64,000 bases of DNA, taken from the NCBI GenBank assembly GCA_965235115.1, contig OZ249444.1, forward strand, positions 21,204,001 to 21,268,000. Reading direction: 5' to 3'. Below are positions 51,773 through 64,000 of the stretch, in pieces. The notes beneath the pieces were generated by a model. It was not told where the DNA came from. It searched no databases and was given only the letters and a program-made list of their open reading frames with translations. This stretch comes from Laetmonice hystrix (Eukaryota). Made by a program: the position numbers and the translations under genes. The stretch's first letter is position 1; every line of letters begins with the position of its first letter.

Positions 51773-52080
51773 ATGACCCTACCAGAAATGTCTCTACATG
51801 ACCCTACCAGAAATGTCTCTACATGACCCTACCAGAAATTCTCTACATGACCCTACCAGAAATGACCCTACCAGAAATGTCTCTACATGACCCTACCAGA
51901 AATGACCCTACCAGAAATGTCTCTACATGACCCTACCAGAAATTCTCTACATGACCCTACCAGAAATGTCTCTACATGACCCTACCAGAAATGTCTCTAC
52001 ATGACCCTACCGGAAATGTCTCTACATGACCCTACCACAAATTCTCTACATGACGTTACCACAAATTCTCCACATGACCT
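51773..52080. repeat. 25-bp minisatellite with degenerate flanking copies
   Basis: Unit ATGACCCTACCAGAAATGTCTCTAC repeated with truncated variants; diverged copies extend to roughly 51630-52110. Confidence 0.92.
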
Positions 52081-55000
52081 GACAGAAAGGCACCTACATG
52101 ACCCCAGAGGAAGCCCCTGTAGATCTATTATAATGTGTTCCTTGGCGATATAGGCGACATGTTACGGCAGGCCAGCCCTGACCGGGGCACCTAGTGCATG
52201 AATATGATCGAAAACAACCCCTTGGCTATACTGTATGATAATGGTACTGTCATGAATTTCATCATTCGTTCGGACTACCGCCATTTACTGTGCTCAGCGA
52301 GAAAGAATATGCATGAGTACATCTCTATGTTAGACGTGTAGAATTTTAACAAAAACATTACATTTTGTTATTCATGATATTAAAATGTGACTGTCACTGA
52401 TGTACTTAATTGTGCAAGGTATTGATATACTAGTGTCGGTGTGCATCGAAATGAGGTTTTTGTTCACATTTTAGTATCGCTAGTTCTGGGAGTAAAAGCT
52501 CAGGATATGAGTGAGAAAAACACGTGGTGAGTAAAAAGGCATTTAATATCGCATGCAGCTCCGTCGTGGCCAAGAATATGAGTATTATTTGTTAGTATTA
52601 CAAAAAGCCTACTAGGGATGTTGTGATCTATGTGACCGAGAACGTTTGGATTTAACAGAAGCTCTTTGGTAACGTAGACTTACAGGCTCAGACGCTCCAG
52701 TCGACGTTTCTAATTATTTCTCTGATCAGATGAGGTGTGGCCTCGTGTCCTATCAGTCGGTCTCAGCGGTGGAGCGACTTAATAAAGCAGCCGGAGTAGC
52801 CAGCGTCACGGCTATTTTATTTAGTCAGTATGAATGTGGATCTTACTGATGAGCCTGGTTGAGAAATCTGACACTTTTGTATTGACAACAGCTGGTGGCT
52901 TCTGGACGATAACACATTGACCTGACCGACTTTTATGTAAGCCTGCAGGGTTAATTTCCTCGGGACCACACTAGTTGGTGTGTAACATTGACAAGGACAG
53001 AACTCGGTAACATGTACCGTTAAAACGGAATGCCTTGATACCGCCTGAAATTGGTAGTGATTCCATATGATATGTGGCGGTACTATGTATGAAATGACAT
53101 GTCTCTATCCTAGATGTCAAGTGACATCCCTCGACTCTATTTAGGAGTTGACTTGCCTTGATTCGTGACACATGTATTGAGTTATATACCGGGCGATGTC
53201 TTGTAATACAATGGCACTTCAGACTCCATATGGAAATAGCTAATTCTTTATACCACATAAGAAATAAAGTAGACAACCCCCCCCCCCCCCTTCCACGCCG
53301 TGTACGCACCCCTACCCACCGGCTTCACACACCGGCGTCAGGTGTTATAAAAGGATTTCCTTCACCAGCGCCTTGGCCACGTACACAGTCCATTGTAGTG
53401 TTCAGGGGAACGGCTATAGGCGGACAATACCTGTACAGCATGTGACCATCTTTGGAACAATCGAAGAACGAGGAGAACAGCTTTTACAAGTGCGCCTCTC
53501 CGTCCGTAAAGCTTACATCGTATACGTACCACGACGATGTATAATGAAAATAGTTTGACTGTAATTGACGCTAGGGGGATGATCAATGATCGCCTTCCGA
53601 TCAATACACACCTGTATTCACTGTGTGAGGTAGTTGGGGACACAGTAGGTAGTTGGGATCCTCCCCAGTGGTGAGGCGAGTCCCCCTCTAGCAGGTATGT
53701 GTGTCCCCATTAGGTAGATCCCCCCCCCCCCCACTCAGAAATTCTGGCCTCTAGTTTAAGTATACGTGTTTTATTACAAGATACCGAGAAAGATTTAATT
53801 TCTGAGCCAAACTAATTTTCCATACTGATCAATTATGAATCAATTATCGGTGCGTATACATTAAAAACAAAGCTTAGATAGTTAGACTTCCATGTAATCT
53901 TTAAAGATGGCTACCTGAAAAAAATGGATTCGGATTGACCGGCAGTAAGGATTCTCAGGTAGGGTAATTAAGCTGGATTTCCACGTGGGCGTCTTGACTG
54001 TATCCTATAAAGTAAACCCAGGCTCACAGTTACAGATCAGGCTGTTCATTTCCAGATCCATAATATTCCTCCAAGACTTGCCAAACAGGCAGCGCATTCA
54101 ATTTTGTGTAGCTTAGATAATAGACCCGCTGCCTTGCTAATAAATGGGGTATATTTTTACAGGACAAGGAATATGTCATGGGAATAACACAGATACAGAC
54201 GACAGGCAAACCACTTTGTATCAGCTTGCCCTGTTGGGCCTGTCTGGCGGAAGGCCAATTAAACTGCGTAGAGATTTCCTTATTCCAGCAAGTACATTGG
54301 GGAGAACAGCAATTGCCTCCTGTGGTCCATACAAGGTCAGCAAGTGATTTGCCTCCTGATTTGCAATTTAAGTTGTAGTTGAGATTGCAGCGTGTTCTCC
54401 TTGGCTGACTTAATGGATGTCGCGGTTGACTGATCTGAAAGATGAAGAGTTCCCCAACCACATGAGTTGCAGTAAGGCGAGTAGCACAGATCAGAAGGAC
54501 AATGTCTCACACACTGTGAGGGTTGAGAACCGTCTTCAAAGCCTGCTCCATCAGTGGAGAAAGTATAAATCAGAATGTCATGGTGGATTGGGGTTCTAAT
54601 GTCGCTGGGCCGTGAGCCTGGATCAGGGAGCGTAACATATCAGCTGGGGAGCTTTGGCGGGGGCAGAGTGATGGCCAGATTTAGGAGCAATGTCGGCTTG
54701 GGTAGACCCCCCCCCCGGCCTTCTCCCTTTCCATCAGTGAAGACCCTTCTCGTCATTTGGCGTCACTTTGACGCCAAGAACTATCTAGAGCCATTACCCG
54801 CGGCAGCCGTGCACGCGGTCACAGGCCAAACCGTGAGCAACTGTGGAGTAATATCAGGGAATAATGTGGATACATATTGTGGGCCTGTGGCTTATAGAAA
54901 ATAACTATAAAATGGCGGGGAGGCTCCAGGTTATACTGCTTGTATGTATTTTACAAAATTGGTCGTAGCTGTAATTTACTGGTTCTCTCAGCTATCTTCA

Positions 55001-55803
55001 CGTTGAGAAGCGCTATGGTAGATAAATATATGTAGATAAATAACGTATTCTCGAAAGTCCATGTCTTAAAATGCAATATTTACACGGTTGCTACAGGAAA
55101 TCTGGGAGATGTGGTACATTGTAACCTTGAAATTAAAACAGTTGTGAACTTCAGAAAGCTGACATTGCTGGGACAAGTTCTCTAAACTCTGCAACATCTG
55201 AAAATTGTGAGATTCTAAGATGTTGGGCAGCAAATCTAATCATGGTTTCAAACACTCCCACTTGTCCTTGCTTTCCCTGGAACAACCAAAAACCACCGCT
55301 TCACGCGTGACATCTGAATGAAACCTCTACCTTCACGGCTACTATTTTCCTGGAACGCCTGTGGCAAAACACAGGTATGGTGGAAATGTGTTTATCTCTG
55401 GTTAATGGTGGTAATTTCTGCGTCTCAAATAGTCTGAAGCAAGGCGTTTCTAACAGCAAATGAGACAATGACTAGGACATGATTTCTTTCTTTCTATTTT
55501 TCTTTCTATATTTCTTTCGTTTTTTTTTCTGTTAAAAAGTCAGTATGTGCGTGATGTGGGGGGGGGGGGTGATATGTGTAATTCCCGGTGTTGAAGCAGC
55601 GCCAGCGTGTGCCGTAAATGTGCTGCGGGCGCCGACTGTCAGCCTGGGTGGTGAAGGCTCAGTGTCATCTTACTTCGTGACGGGCCCCGTCAAGTCTACA
55701 CACCGCCCCCCCCCCCCTCCCCCGTGCCGAGGGCTGTGGATTCCTCCGTCTGCTGCTACCTGTAGTCAGGATGTGTGGGTTCCGTTCAAAGTACCTGTTG
55801 TTA

Positions 55804-55904
55804 GGCTCTGTTCAGGCTAGTAGACCGTTGTATGTCGTGTGGGCTCTGTTCAGGCTAGTAGACCGTTGTATGTCGTATGGGCCCTGTTCAGGCTAGTAGA
55901 CCGT
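55804..55904. repeat. 38-bp tandem repeat, about 2.6 copies
   Basis: GGCTCTGTTCAGGCTAGTAGACCGTTGTATGTCGTGTG starts at 55804 and 55842; partial copy at 55880. Confidence 0.9.
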
Positions 55905-58900
55905 CAGTATGCGCCGGGAATAACGCCGCCTCTGGCCGCGCCCCCCAGCACTGTATGAAGGAACATAAATTCCACCTTATAATATTCAGAGGTTGACATC
56001 AGTTGTCACTTTGGTACCACATGTCGCCTTGATTGTGTGTCCTTGGATGACCAAGGACACGGAAGCAGCGGAGGTCTGCCTTGGAGATGCCATGAAAGCT
56101 GCTCACACTGTTTGATTCTATTGTTGCATATTGTCACCAGCATCTTGCCGGATACTGGGGCATTGTATGCAAACACTTGACGATCTGTCCACCCGCCTCC
56201 ATTCTGTACAACACATTCCCCGCATGGTGTCAGGACGTGTGTGGGTCTAGTCATATCGCGAACCCAGCCATGCTCTGACGTCAGCCAGAGTGGCCATTTG
56301 CTGGAACAGTTTGACCATCAGAGCTGAGCAGGCGACTGCCCGAGTCGATGTATGGCCCAGTGAGGCCATATTTCACTTGGAGTGTCTTGATGCAGCATAC
56401 ACGCGGACTTGAGCTGGGAAATTCTCGAGAAGGGACTGTAGGGCCATTGTAACTTTGCTTGTGTAGCCTTATGCATGACGTTAAAACGAGCCTTTATTTG
56501 ATCTAGCAGAAGGAACCTCATGGCTCAATTGTCCGAGGTTGTTCAACTTCATCGCTAGACTAAAATGTCTTAGGCTAAAGTATGAGTTTATCTTGGTGGC
56601 GAACATTTAGAATTGAGATTATATACTGGGGACAGTATTTAATCCCGTGTATGTGACAAGATGAAGTGATTTTGACAACGAATGAGATCCTTCAGACCAT
56701 TTAAAGCCGTTTTGTGAGAAGCGATTTCATCACCAACATCTGTTTAGTTTTAGTAATTAGTTGAGCACCTCGACAGTTGTCGACGCCGTGACAATTAGTC
56801 CGACCGTGTCGTCTCATTTACCGGTTTTGGTGACCGAGTTTGAATGCGGTGATGCAGGTTTTCCTGTTCAGTTCTCTCAGATTTTATTTCCCGAATAACG
56901 TGGGTAATTACATGAGGCAGGAAAACTGTTAACTTGTTATAGCAACGTGCTGCTTTGTGTATGAGAGAAAAGGATAAAAAACGGTTAAAAGCAATCACTG
57001 TGCAGCCAAGCTGGCACGCATGAGAACGTTAACCAGACTTGAGTTAAAATATTTATTTCCCAATTCTTCAGAACTTGGTCGTCTGTGTGTATTGCCGTTT
57101 CTGTGTGAGGGAGCATAACGTGATATCGTCAGAAGCCTGTGTGTAATGACAATAACTAAGAAATCCCAGTTATAAGAATGATTTTAAAGAGCATATCTTG
57201 AAAGGTTGCATATTCAGTCAAGGAGCCTCACAGCCTATTCAAATAAGATGTTTGTATTTAGGAATTGCATTTCCGGTTGATTGTACACACTAATAGTGGT
57301 ATTTTCTCTCGAGAGGTCGCATATTTCGGCTCTGGAGTTGCCGCTGATGAAGCATGGATGGTTAACCACTCTCCATAGCCTAGGAGATCCCTACCCACGG
57401 TTGACCTATGCAATGGAAACTGTAGCTGGTTATAGAGCCCAAGAATTTATTAGCATCCCAATACTGATGTACTAGTTTTTATTACATACGTTTGCATTCA
57501 AGAGTCTGAGAGATATAGTGATTTTCGAATACGTGATTGAGCGGGAAGAATTTGGGATGCGTATTGTACATTGAGTAAGAAGTGAGCGGCCCCATGAAAG
57601 GTTGTGACCACATTACCGTGGTGCTCAGACAGGGAAGGGTACGATAGTATCATGTGCTAGTACTAGCACATGAAAGTAGTGATTTGAGAACTTGTGTCTA
57701 AAATATTTCAAAGGCGAAGGAAGGCAACTCGGTTCAGCTGTTTAAAATTAATTTTTTTGCAACTTGGTCTGAGTAAGCAATTGGCAAACAAATGGGACTT
57801 TAGGACGAAGAGGTCGGTCTTGGAGTTGAAAGACACCAGGAGATGCTATGGAATGTCAGAACCCTCGACCAGCTATGACCACAGAGACTTTGATCCTCTG
57901 GTCTGTGTGGGGGTAAATCAGACTGGAGACAAGGATCGAGGCACATTGTGGGTGTGGTCGTGACGGTGCAGAAACTTCACATTGGCAGTCACAGGGGCAC
58001 ACTGGTTCTTGTTTTCAATCTAATATATGGAGCATGGTTCATATGAAGCAAGGGACCTAGTATCCATGGAAACGTGATGATAAGATTTGGCTGTGAGAGA
58101 TGTAGTTAAGATATTGGCATTGCCATGAGACATTACCAGATAATACATTGCGCAGCAATAAGTCGCCAGGGAGCGCCATCTATAAAGTAACCATTTACTG
58201 CCACGTAATTGATTATTATTTTCAGAGTGGGTCTATTGCTTTATCTTCCATATGCCTGAATGGAATACACAAAACGAGAAAGGCTCACTAGCTTTAACTC
58301 CAAACACCAGATTTCATTATCCCGGAAGATTAATTATAGCTCATTTATCAATTGTTAATTAATTTTTTTATGTCTCAGGCAGGCACCATTGTAGGTTTGA
58401 TACCTAGTGATGTTTGTTTTGACTGCTGCTAGCACAGTTAGAGAATGGCTGTTAAATGAAGTTCTCCGTTAAGCGTACGATAGACGGTTATCATGGCTTT
58501 GTGAACGGCACAACGTTTGGCTGGCTGCTGTTTGCTGCTGACAAGCAGACAAGGATAACTAGAGATGAGTTTGGCCACATACTTAGATCATCACTATGGA
58601 ACAGTGCCGCTCACTAATGGAACTAATCACTCCTGCTCATAGAATTCACTTTTTGAAAAGGCGCCCCTTCAGTCTGTCAAACCTAGAAGTTATCTCGTGG
58701 CTGGCCGTGGGTTATGTTTAGACATAAACATTGCCGTGCTGCAGAGGCGGTCGGGCAAGGAGAGGAGACTTCTTGGATTATAAGTAGGTCAGGTCAAGGA
58801 AGAAGACCAGGAATCCATGATACAGCATGACAAGAGGGAAATATCCGTTGTGAAATGCATCCATAATGTAATTTTTGTTTCCCGCGGAAACAAAGGCATG

Positions 58901-61900
58901 CCATGAGTAGTGCATAGACATGGTTTCCCAGAGGAAATACCAAATATTTCACATTCATGGCTCGGTAAATCATAAATAAAGATGTGGGTTATGGAATCTA
59001 GGTTATGGGTGAGAGACCAAATATAGTACAGCCATAAAAAGCTAGCAGGCGACGAGTCAGCAAGCTGTAGCCGATGAAAAAAAAACTGGTTCACACCTTT
59101 CATTAGGAGGCATCGTATCTTTGTTAATCGTCAGATATTGGTTTCATCGAGAGACTCTGGATATAAAGAGAACCAATATTTCACGATCGTGTATTGAGGA
59201 AGAATTATGGTGATGTTTCTCTGGTCCATGATGTGTTTACTTTCTGTTAATATTATGATATTTTTACGGGGTTATCGAGACATGCACCAGGCCATGACTG
59301 CTGTGACCTGGTATTTTCCAGGGTGTCCTATGAAAGTATTTATAGAAAACTAATGCATGATTTTCCTGAGTTGAAAAAAAATTGCACCGTAGGCAAACGG
59401 AAGGACAGTCTCTTGGCAATAAAAAGGTTCTTTTGTGTTGGTCCAGGGATCGCGGATGACTGAGCTTCTGTTTGACAAACAACGAAGTGCACTTGTGCCT
59501 GGTCTCAAACCCGCTATATCCCCATGTACATATAAAAGACACACTATTATCCCAATATAAAACTCCCGGGGTATTACGGCTACACTACCTATGCACATAT
59601 TTCTGAGAACCATTATGTTACCAGTGTGGCACAGATCACTACTAGTTAGTTTACACAATATCGACTTACAGTACATGTAACAGTACGTGCTGGCCTGACT
59701 GTGGCCTGTACTTACTGAGTTAAAGGGGGGGGGGGGACGTCCCAAGTCTAATCTACCATGGACCTTGTGTTGGACAGCAGGCCTGTTACCCAGCTATTGT
59801 CACGGATTGCGCTATTTTAGGATCGTTTCTAATTCAAGGAGAGTGGAAGGAGGATCAGACCGTCACAGGCAGAGACGATATTCACAGGCGTGTTTGTGAT
59901 GACGTCACAATACAGTGAATTGTATTGTCATGGTGAACATGATCGTTATGGGGATATGAGGACGGGCATGGCACTGCGGGTTGTGGAAAGTTGCGTCATG
60001 GGGGGGGGGGGGGAGTGTCGGCGGCCCTCTATCATTAGAGACGTGACCATAAGGCAATGATTGATATTACCACAGGTCATTAATCAGAATATTTGTTTCT
60101 GTCCCATCTTTCCAATTTACCTTATTGTCCTCATATAATCAGGAAGACAGGATTAACCGTCACGTTATAGTCAAGTATGAGAGGCAGACACACTAGTACT
60201 AGAGGACAGGACGCCGCCACATAATTACACTGCCTCACCAAGGAAATGGATTCACACAAAAGTGTAAAATGTTGGCAGCCAACATCCCCCAAAGAATGAG
60301 GCAATGCCATGATGTTAGGAAGGAAGTGTGTCAGACACAAATGTCTCTTCATGATGGCTCCACCTGTGAAGTACGGACCATTGTAGTTACAACCCGGCGA
60401 AAGGTTACACGGTAAAAAGACGATTTGACCCCGGTGAGGCGGAACGCTGACTGGAGACCTAATTAGTAGTCATTGGAGGAGGGATGTCTCCCCCCCCCCC
60501 CAACTGGACGTTATCAGGGGCCACACATAACGTCTTACCCGTCTAAACGCTAACAATTTGGTAGTCAAGGAAACCATTATGACGAATAATAATATTTCAT
60601 GGAAGTCACAACTTCTTGATGCCATGATGGATGTTTTTGTCATCCACGTTTTGTACATTGGGCAACCCTTCCCATCCCTGAAAGGGTAAAGGCGACGTTC
60701 AAACCAAGGATAAATTCAAGGAGATGAAATAGCAAGAAGTGAAACAGTCTTGTAACAGGAAGGCCACTTTTTAAGCGTGTCAAAAGTATCCATGCCCAAC
60801 AAACGGCTTATGAACAGAAGCAAAATATTCACAACTCCACAGCCTGTCACATGACCCAAAGGGGATATCTCATTGGTTGCTGACTCCCGCCAGGGACGAC
60901 GTAGCGTTAGATGGGTAGACACACGTCGACCTCTACTCTGAGTGTTTGTTAGTGGTCGATATTCGGCGACGTGGGCCGCCAGACCAACTCGAGGGAAACG
61001 CTAGGGTCCTTGGTGGTTTCATGTATAGGCTGACTCGAGTCGATTAAACCACCCAGCTGTCGGTTGGGTAGAGTCAGCGAAAATAGCATTACCCATGGGA
61101 TCTGCAATGGTTGAAAAAAAAACTATTAACTCGGAGATACGCCCGGCCTTTAACGGAAACTGTTGATGGTATCAGGAGGTAAAGTGGGAGAATTTTCGAC
61201 CATTGATTAGAGATAGAAAGGTTGATGTTTTATCTACGTGATTGGGGTGTATATACCATATACATGCCCCCCCCCCCCCAGTTTATAGGCGACAGGAGAG
61301 GGTCAGAGGGGCCCCCCCCCCTTGACCTGAGATCCAAGGGCCCCCCTTTTTTAAGAAGTGACAAAAGGTTGGCCGAAATGCTTTGAGAAACTTCACAGTT
61401 GCTATCTCCAGATGGAGGGAAATACACATGTAGTGTTAATTGCTATCTCCAGATGGAGGGATTTTTGGGGGGTTTGACCCCCCCCCCCCCCTGTCGTGTA
61501 GTGCTGGATCCGCACCTGGAAAGTTTTTTTATTCAGTGAGATTTTCAATTTGTAGACTAGAAACATTTGTGCCATGTCACAGGAATGGTATGAAACATAA
61601 TAACAGGTATGACTACTGGGCGTTTATTGAAATACCTGTGTGGTGTCCACCTGTTCAAAAACGTGTGCCGACTTCACCAACATGATCTGTGCGGAAGGTT
61701 GAGCCTCAAGGTGGGGGACGCAGGCTCAATGTCACAGCGGGTCGTCAAGAAAGGAATGGTGCTGTCATTAGTGGAATATTCGATACGAACGCTAGACACC
61801 AGTTAAATAACGTTTGGTGAACGTCTGGTCACTGTCGGTTATATATTTCATGTTATGTATTCACTGCCATGAAGATCAAGCGGTACTATTGATGAAAGAC

Positions 61901-62080
61901 TTCCTTCTTGGTCCTTCTCACTCAACCTCAGTATTGTGTACTCGACGTAGCAGTGGCCTGCTCATTGGTAAGTTGACGTAGGGGAGGAGATAAATTTGCT
62001 GAGTCATGTCATGTGATTTGGCTGCAGGTTTCACCAGGGACAGTTTTCTCTGTCCTGGGGAATGGCCATGTGTACACTAC

Positions 62081-62455
62081 CAGGGCTTGTCCTTTAAGGC
62101 GCGCAATTGCGCGCGCGCGCCATGGCGCGCCTAAAATGGGACAGAGGCGCGCAAAAAAACGCGCACCTTGCAAAAATAAAACTTGAAAATTCGCGCGCCT
62201 CGGACTATTTGTAATGTATATAATACTAATGTGCTTGTGCCCTGGCAGTAACCATGTGCCTATGGTTGATCATTAACAGAAGTCAAGATGGATGGGATGT
62301 GTGACGGTTGCGAGGATACACACTATTACACCTCATCTGACCCAAGAATACATTGTGCGCCTACCACATTTTAGTTGCACAAAAAAAATGCGCGCCTACC
62401 TCTTTCAAGGCGCACAAAATTTTGTGCACCTGCTTTTTTCAAAGGACAAGCCCTG
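62081..62455. mobile_element. MITE, 375 bp, CAGGGCTTGTCCTTT TIR, 6-bp TSD CACTAC
   Basis: Perfect 15-bp TIR CAGGGCTTGTCCTTT / AAAGGACAAGCCCTG; CACTAC at 62075-62080 and 62456-62461; subterminal GCGCGC repeats. Confidence 0.9.
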
Positions 62456-64000
62456 CACTACCAGCATCAGTTCTGCTATCTCTGACAGAATCGTCTGAAA
62501 CCGACCAACAATATCCAAACCAGCATGTACATGTATACACAACTTGTCGGACAGAGGTGTCTGTCACATGTCGGTGGATGGTGGAGGTGGTGGCAGTCCC
62601 TCAGAAACTAGTTTGTCATGTTTATCACCATGTGACATCTGTTCGAAAGGAGGGCTGTACACGCGGAAGTCAATGATTCCATAGGAGCATATTCCATACG
62701 TCGTTACTTAAAGGTCACAAAAAGGATGTAACCACGAAATTGCCCCCTATCAGTATGAATCAGCCTGACTCATTATCTGTAACCTGGAGTTCAAACAATC
62801 ACCAATCATGCAAAAAAAACCGCAAAGACACCAGTGACATCTCAACAGATCACCACGCTACTAATCTTAGACATCCTGTCAACAACGCCAGTCAAAGGGG
62901 GAGTCTTTTTCTGCTACAGGACGCTGGCGGTTGGCCATGATTCCCAGAAAGTAGTATGAAATATGTGATATCGCTGATGTCATTACCTTCAGCGCGCTGG
63001 TTGGAAATGTAAACTCTAGCACTGTCGACGACAGAGTCCTATATCGGAGTCCTACTATTTCATTTTTCATATACTTCGCATACTTCTTCCGGGCTTTAAA
63101 GATAGGAGGAAAGGAGGGGAAATCATACTTTATGGTGAAAACGGAATTTTCCAGAAACCTATGTTTAGTCGCAGACACAGGCGGACCAGGAAGGGTAGGG
63201 GGAACTGGACCGGGGGATCAGGAGATCACTGCATGTCCGTGGAGAAATGGGGACGCGTGCCCCCTTCCCGACTCCCAACCACAAGCTCAGGGTCTGTCAT
63301 CTGAAAGTGAAAGCTAGGGATGTGCGAGTCCGAACTAGAATACCATGAATTTTATGATGGCAGTGTATAATTAGCCGGCATGTGGCGGCGTCATGTGACC
63401 ATTAAGCTTCATATCAGCCATTACCCTAACCCAATCAATTTGTTTGAATTCGGTGATTAGTTAAACTAAGACAATGTTATTTAGTAGTTGTCGACTAAAT
63501 TACACTATCTTGTAGGATACAACAAACCAAATAGCAGCTATTATTAGTCGTTAACGAGTGACTTTCGGGATGTAAATGTTTTGTCCTGCCCACTCACAAC
63601 TAATGTCAGGAAGTGGTAAACAAGTAAATTCGCACTTGTTCATAGTTTTCAGAGTGGCATGCAAAAACATTTTGAAGCTGACGTACGTAAGTAGTCTTTT
63701 TTAAGAAGGCTGCTGCAGTGGCTACCAGGGATGCATTGTGTAACGTGCGTGTCATGTTCTATCAGTCAGTAAACTCATTAGTCATGTATTCTATGAAGAC
63801 AGACGTCCATTGAAAAATATGCCATCTGGTATTCTCTAGATATTAATATTGTCACGAAAACAGTTTGTTTTAACGAAGAATGGGGGCTCCCTGGAACACA
63901 AAGGGAAGAACGAGATGTTAGGAAATAAACAAGGATGTCATCGTATCCAATATGTCCATATTTCTAAAGGAGTGGTTTCGGTTTCATCAGTGGATGTAAA

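Noticed and set aside
53626-53637. TGAGGTAGTTGG, let-7-like 5' end
   Set aside because: Similarity ends after 12 nt and no hairpin precursor forms.
47290-63317. Numerous 60-143 aa ORFs in the distal region
   Set aside because: None shows a recognisable domain, transposase/RT motif or consistent splice chain; lengths are compatible with chance in non-coding DNA.
63976-63990. Minus-strand CTGATGA-AACC-GAAA hammerhead-like core (a similar motif lies near 7341-7354)
   Set aside because: No convincing stems I and III or correctly placed NUH cleavage triplet could be built; the first is also cut off by the window end.

Overview
Eukaryotic genomic DNA from an intron-rich animal, probably an invertebrate (inference from gene content and repeat types). 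I found no rRNA, bona fide tRNA or CRISPR. Five spliced protein-coding genes can be rebuilt by hand from GT-AG junctions with consistent phases: (1) glycogenin (+, first exons upstream of the window, 3550-15441), whose linker region holds several candidate phase-0 cassette exons; (2) PELP1 (-, 17 exons, 19858-26461); (3) a BTB-BACK-Kelch protein (+, 8 exons, 27452-31099); (4) class II CPD photolyase (-, 33102-37118, with a probable upstream exon starting at 38207); (5) an ITM2/BRICHOS type II membrane protein (+, three exons at 38346-47192, remaining exons not found in the last 16.8 kb). Genes 2/3 and 4/5 are very tight head-to-head pairs. Introns carry many non-autonomous DNA transposons (MITEs), including four CAG-terminated elements with 6-bp target duplications, plus a tRNA-derived SINE and several minisatellites. 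The most interesting leads are a splicing/AUG switch between a mitochondrial and a nuclear photolyase, two candidate microexons, and a large glycogenin cassette exon whose first bases recreate a 5' splice site. All are predictions from sequence alone. Most long ORFs in the supplied track outside these exons are repeat or antisense artefacts.
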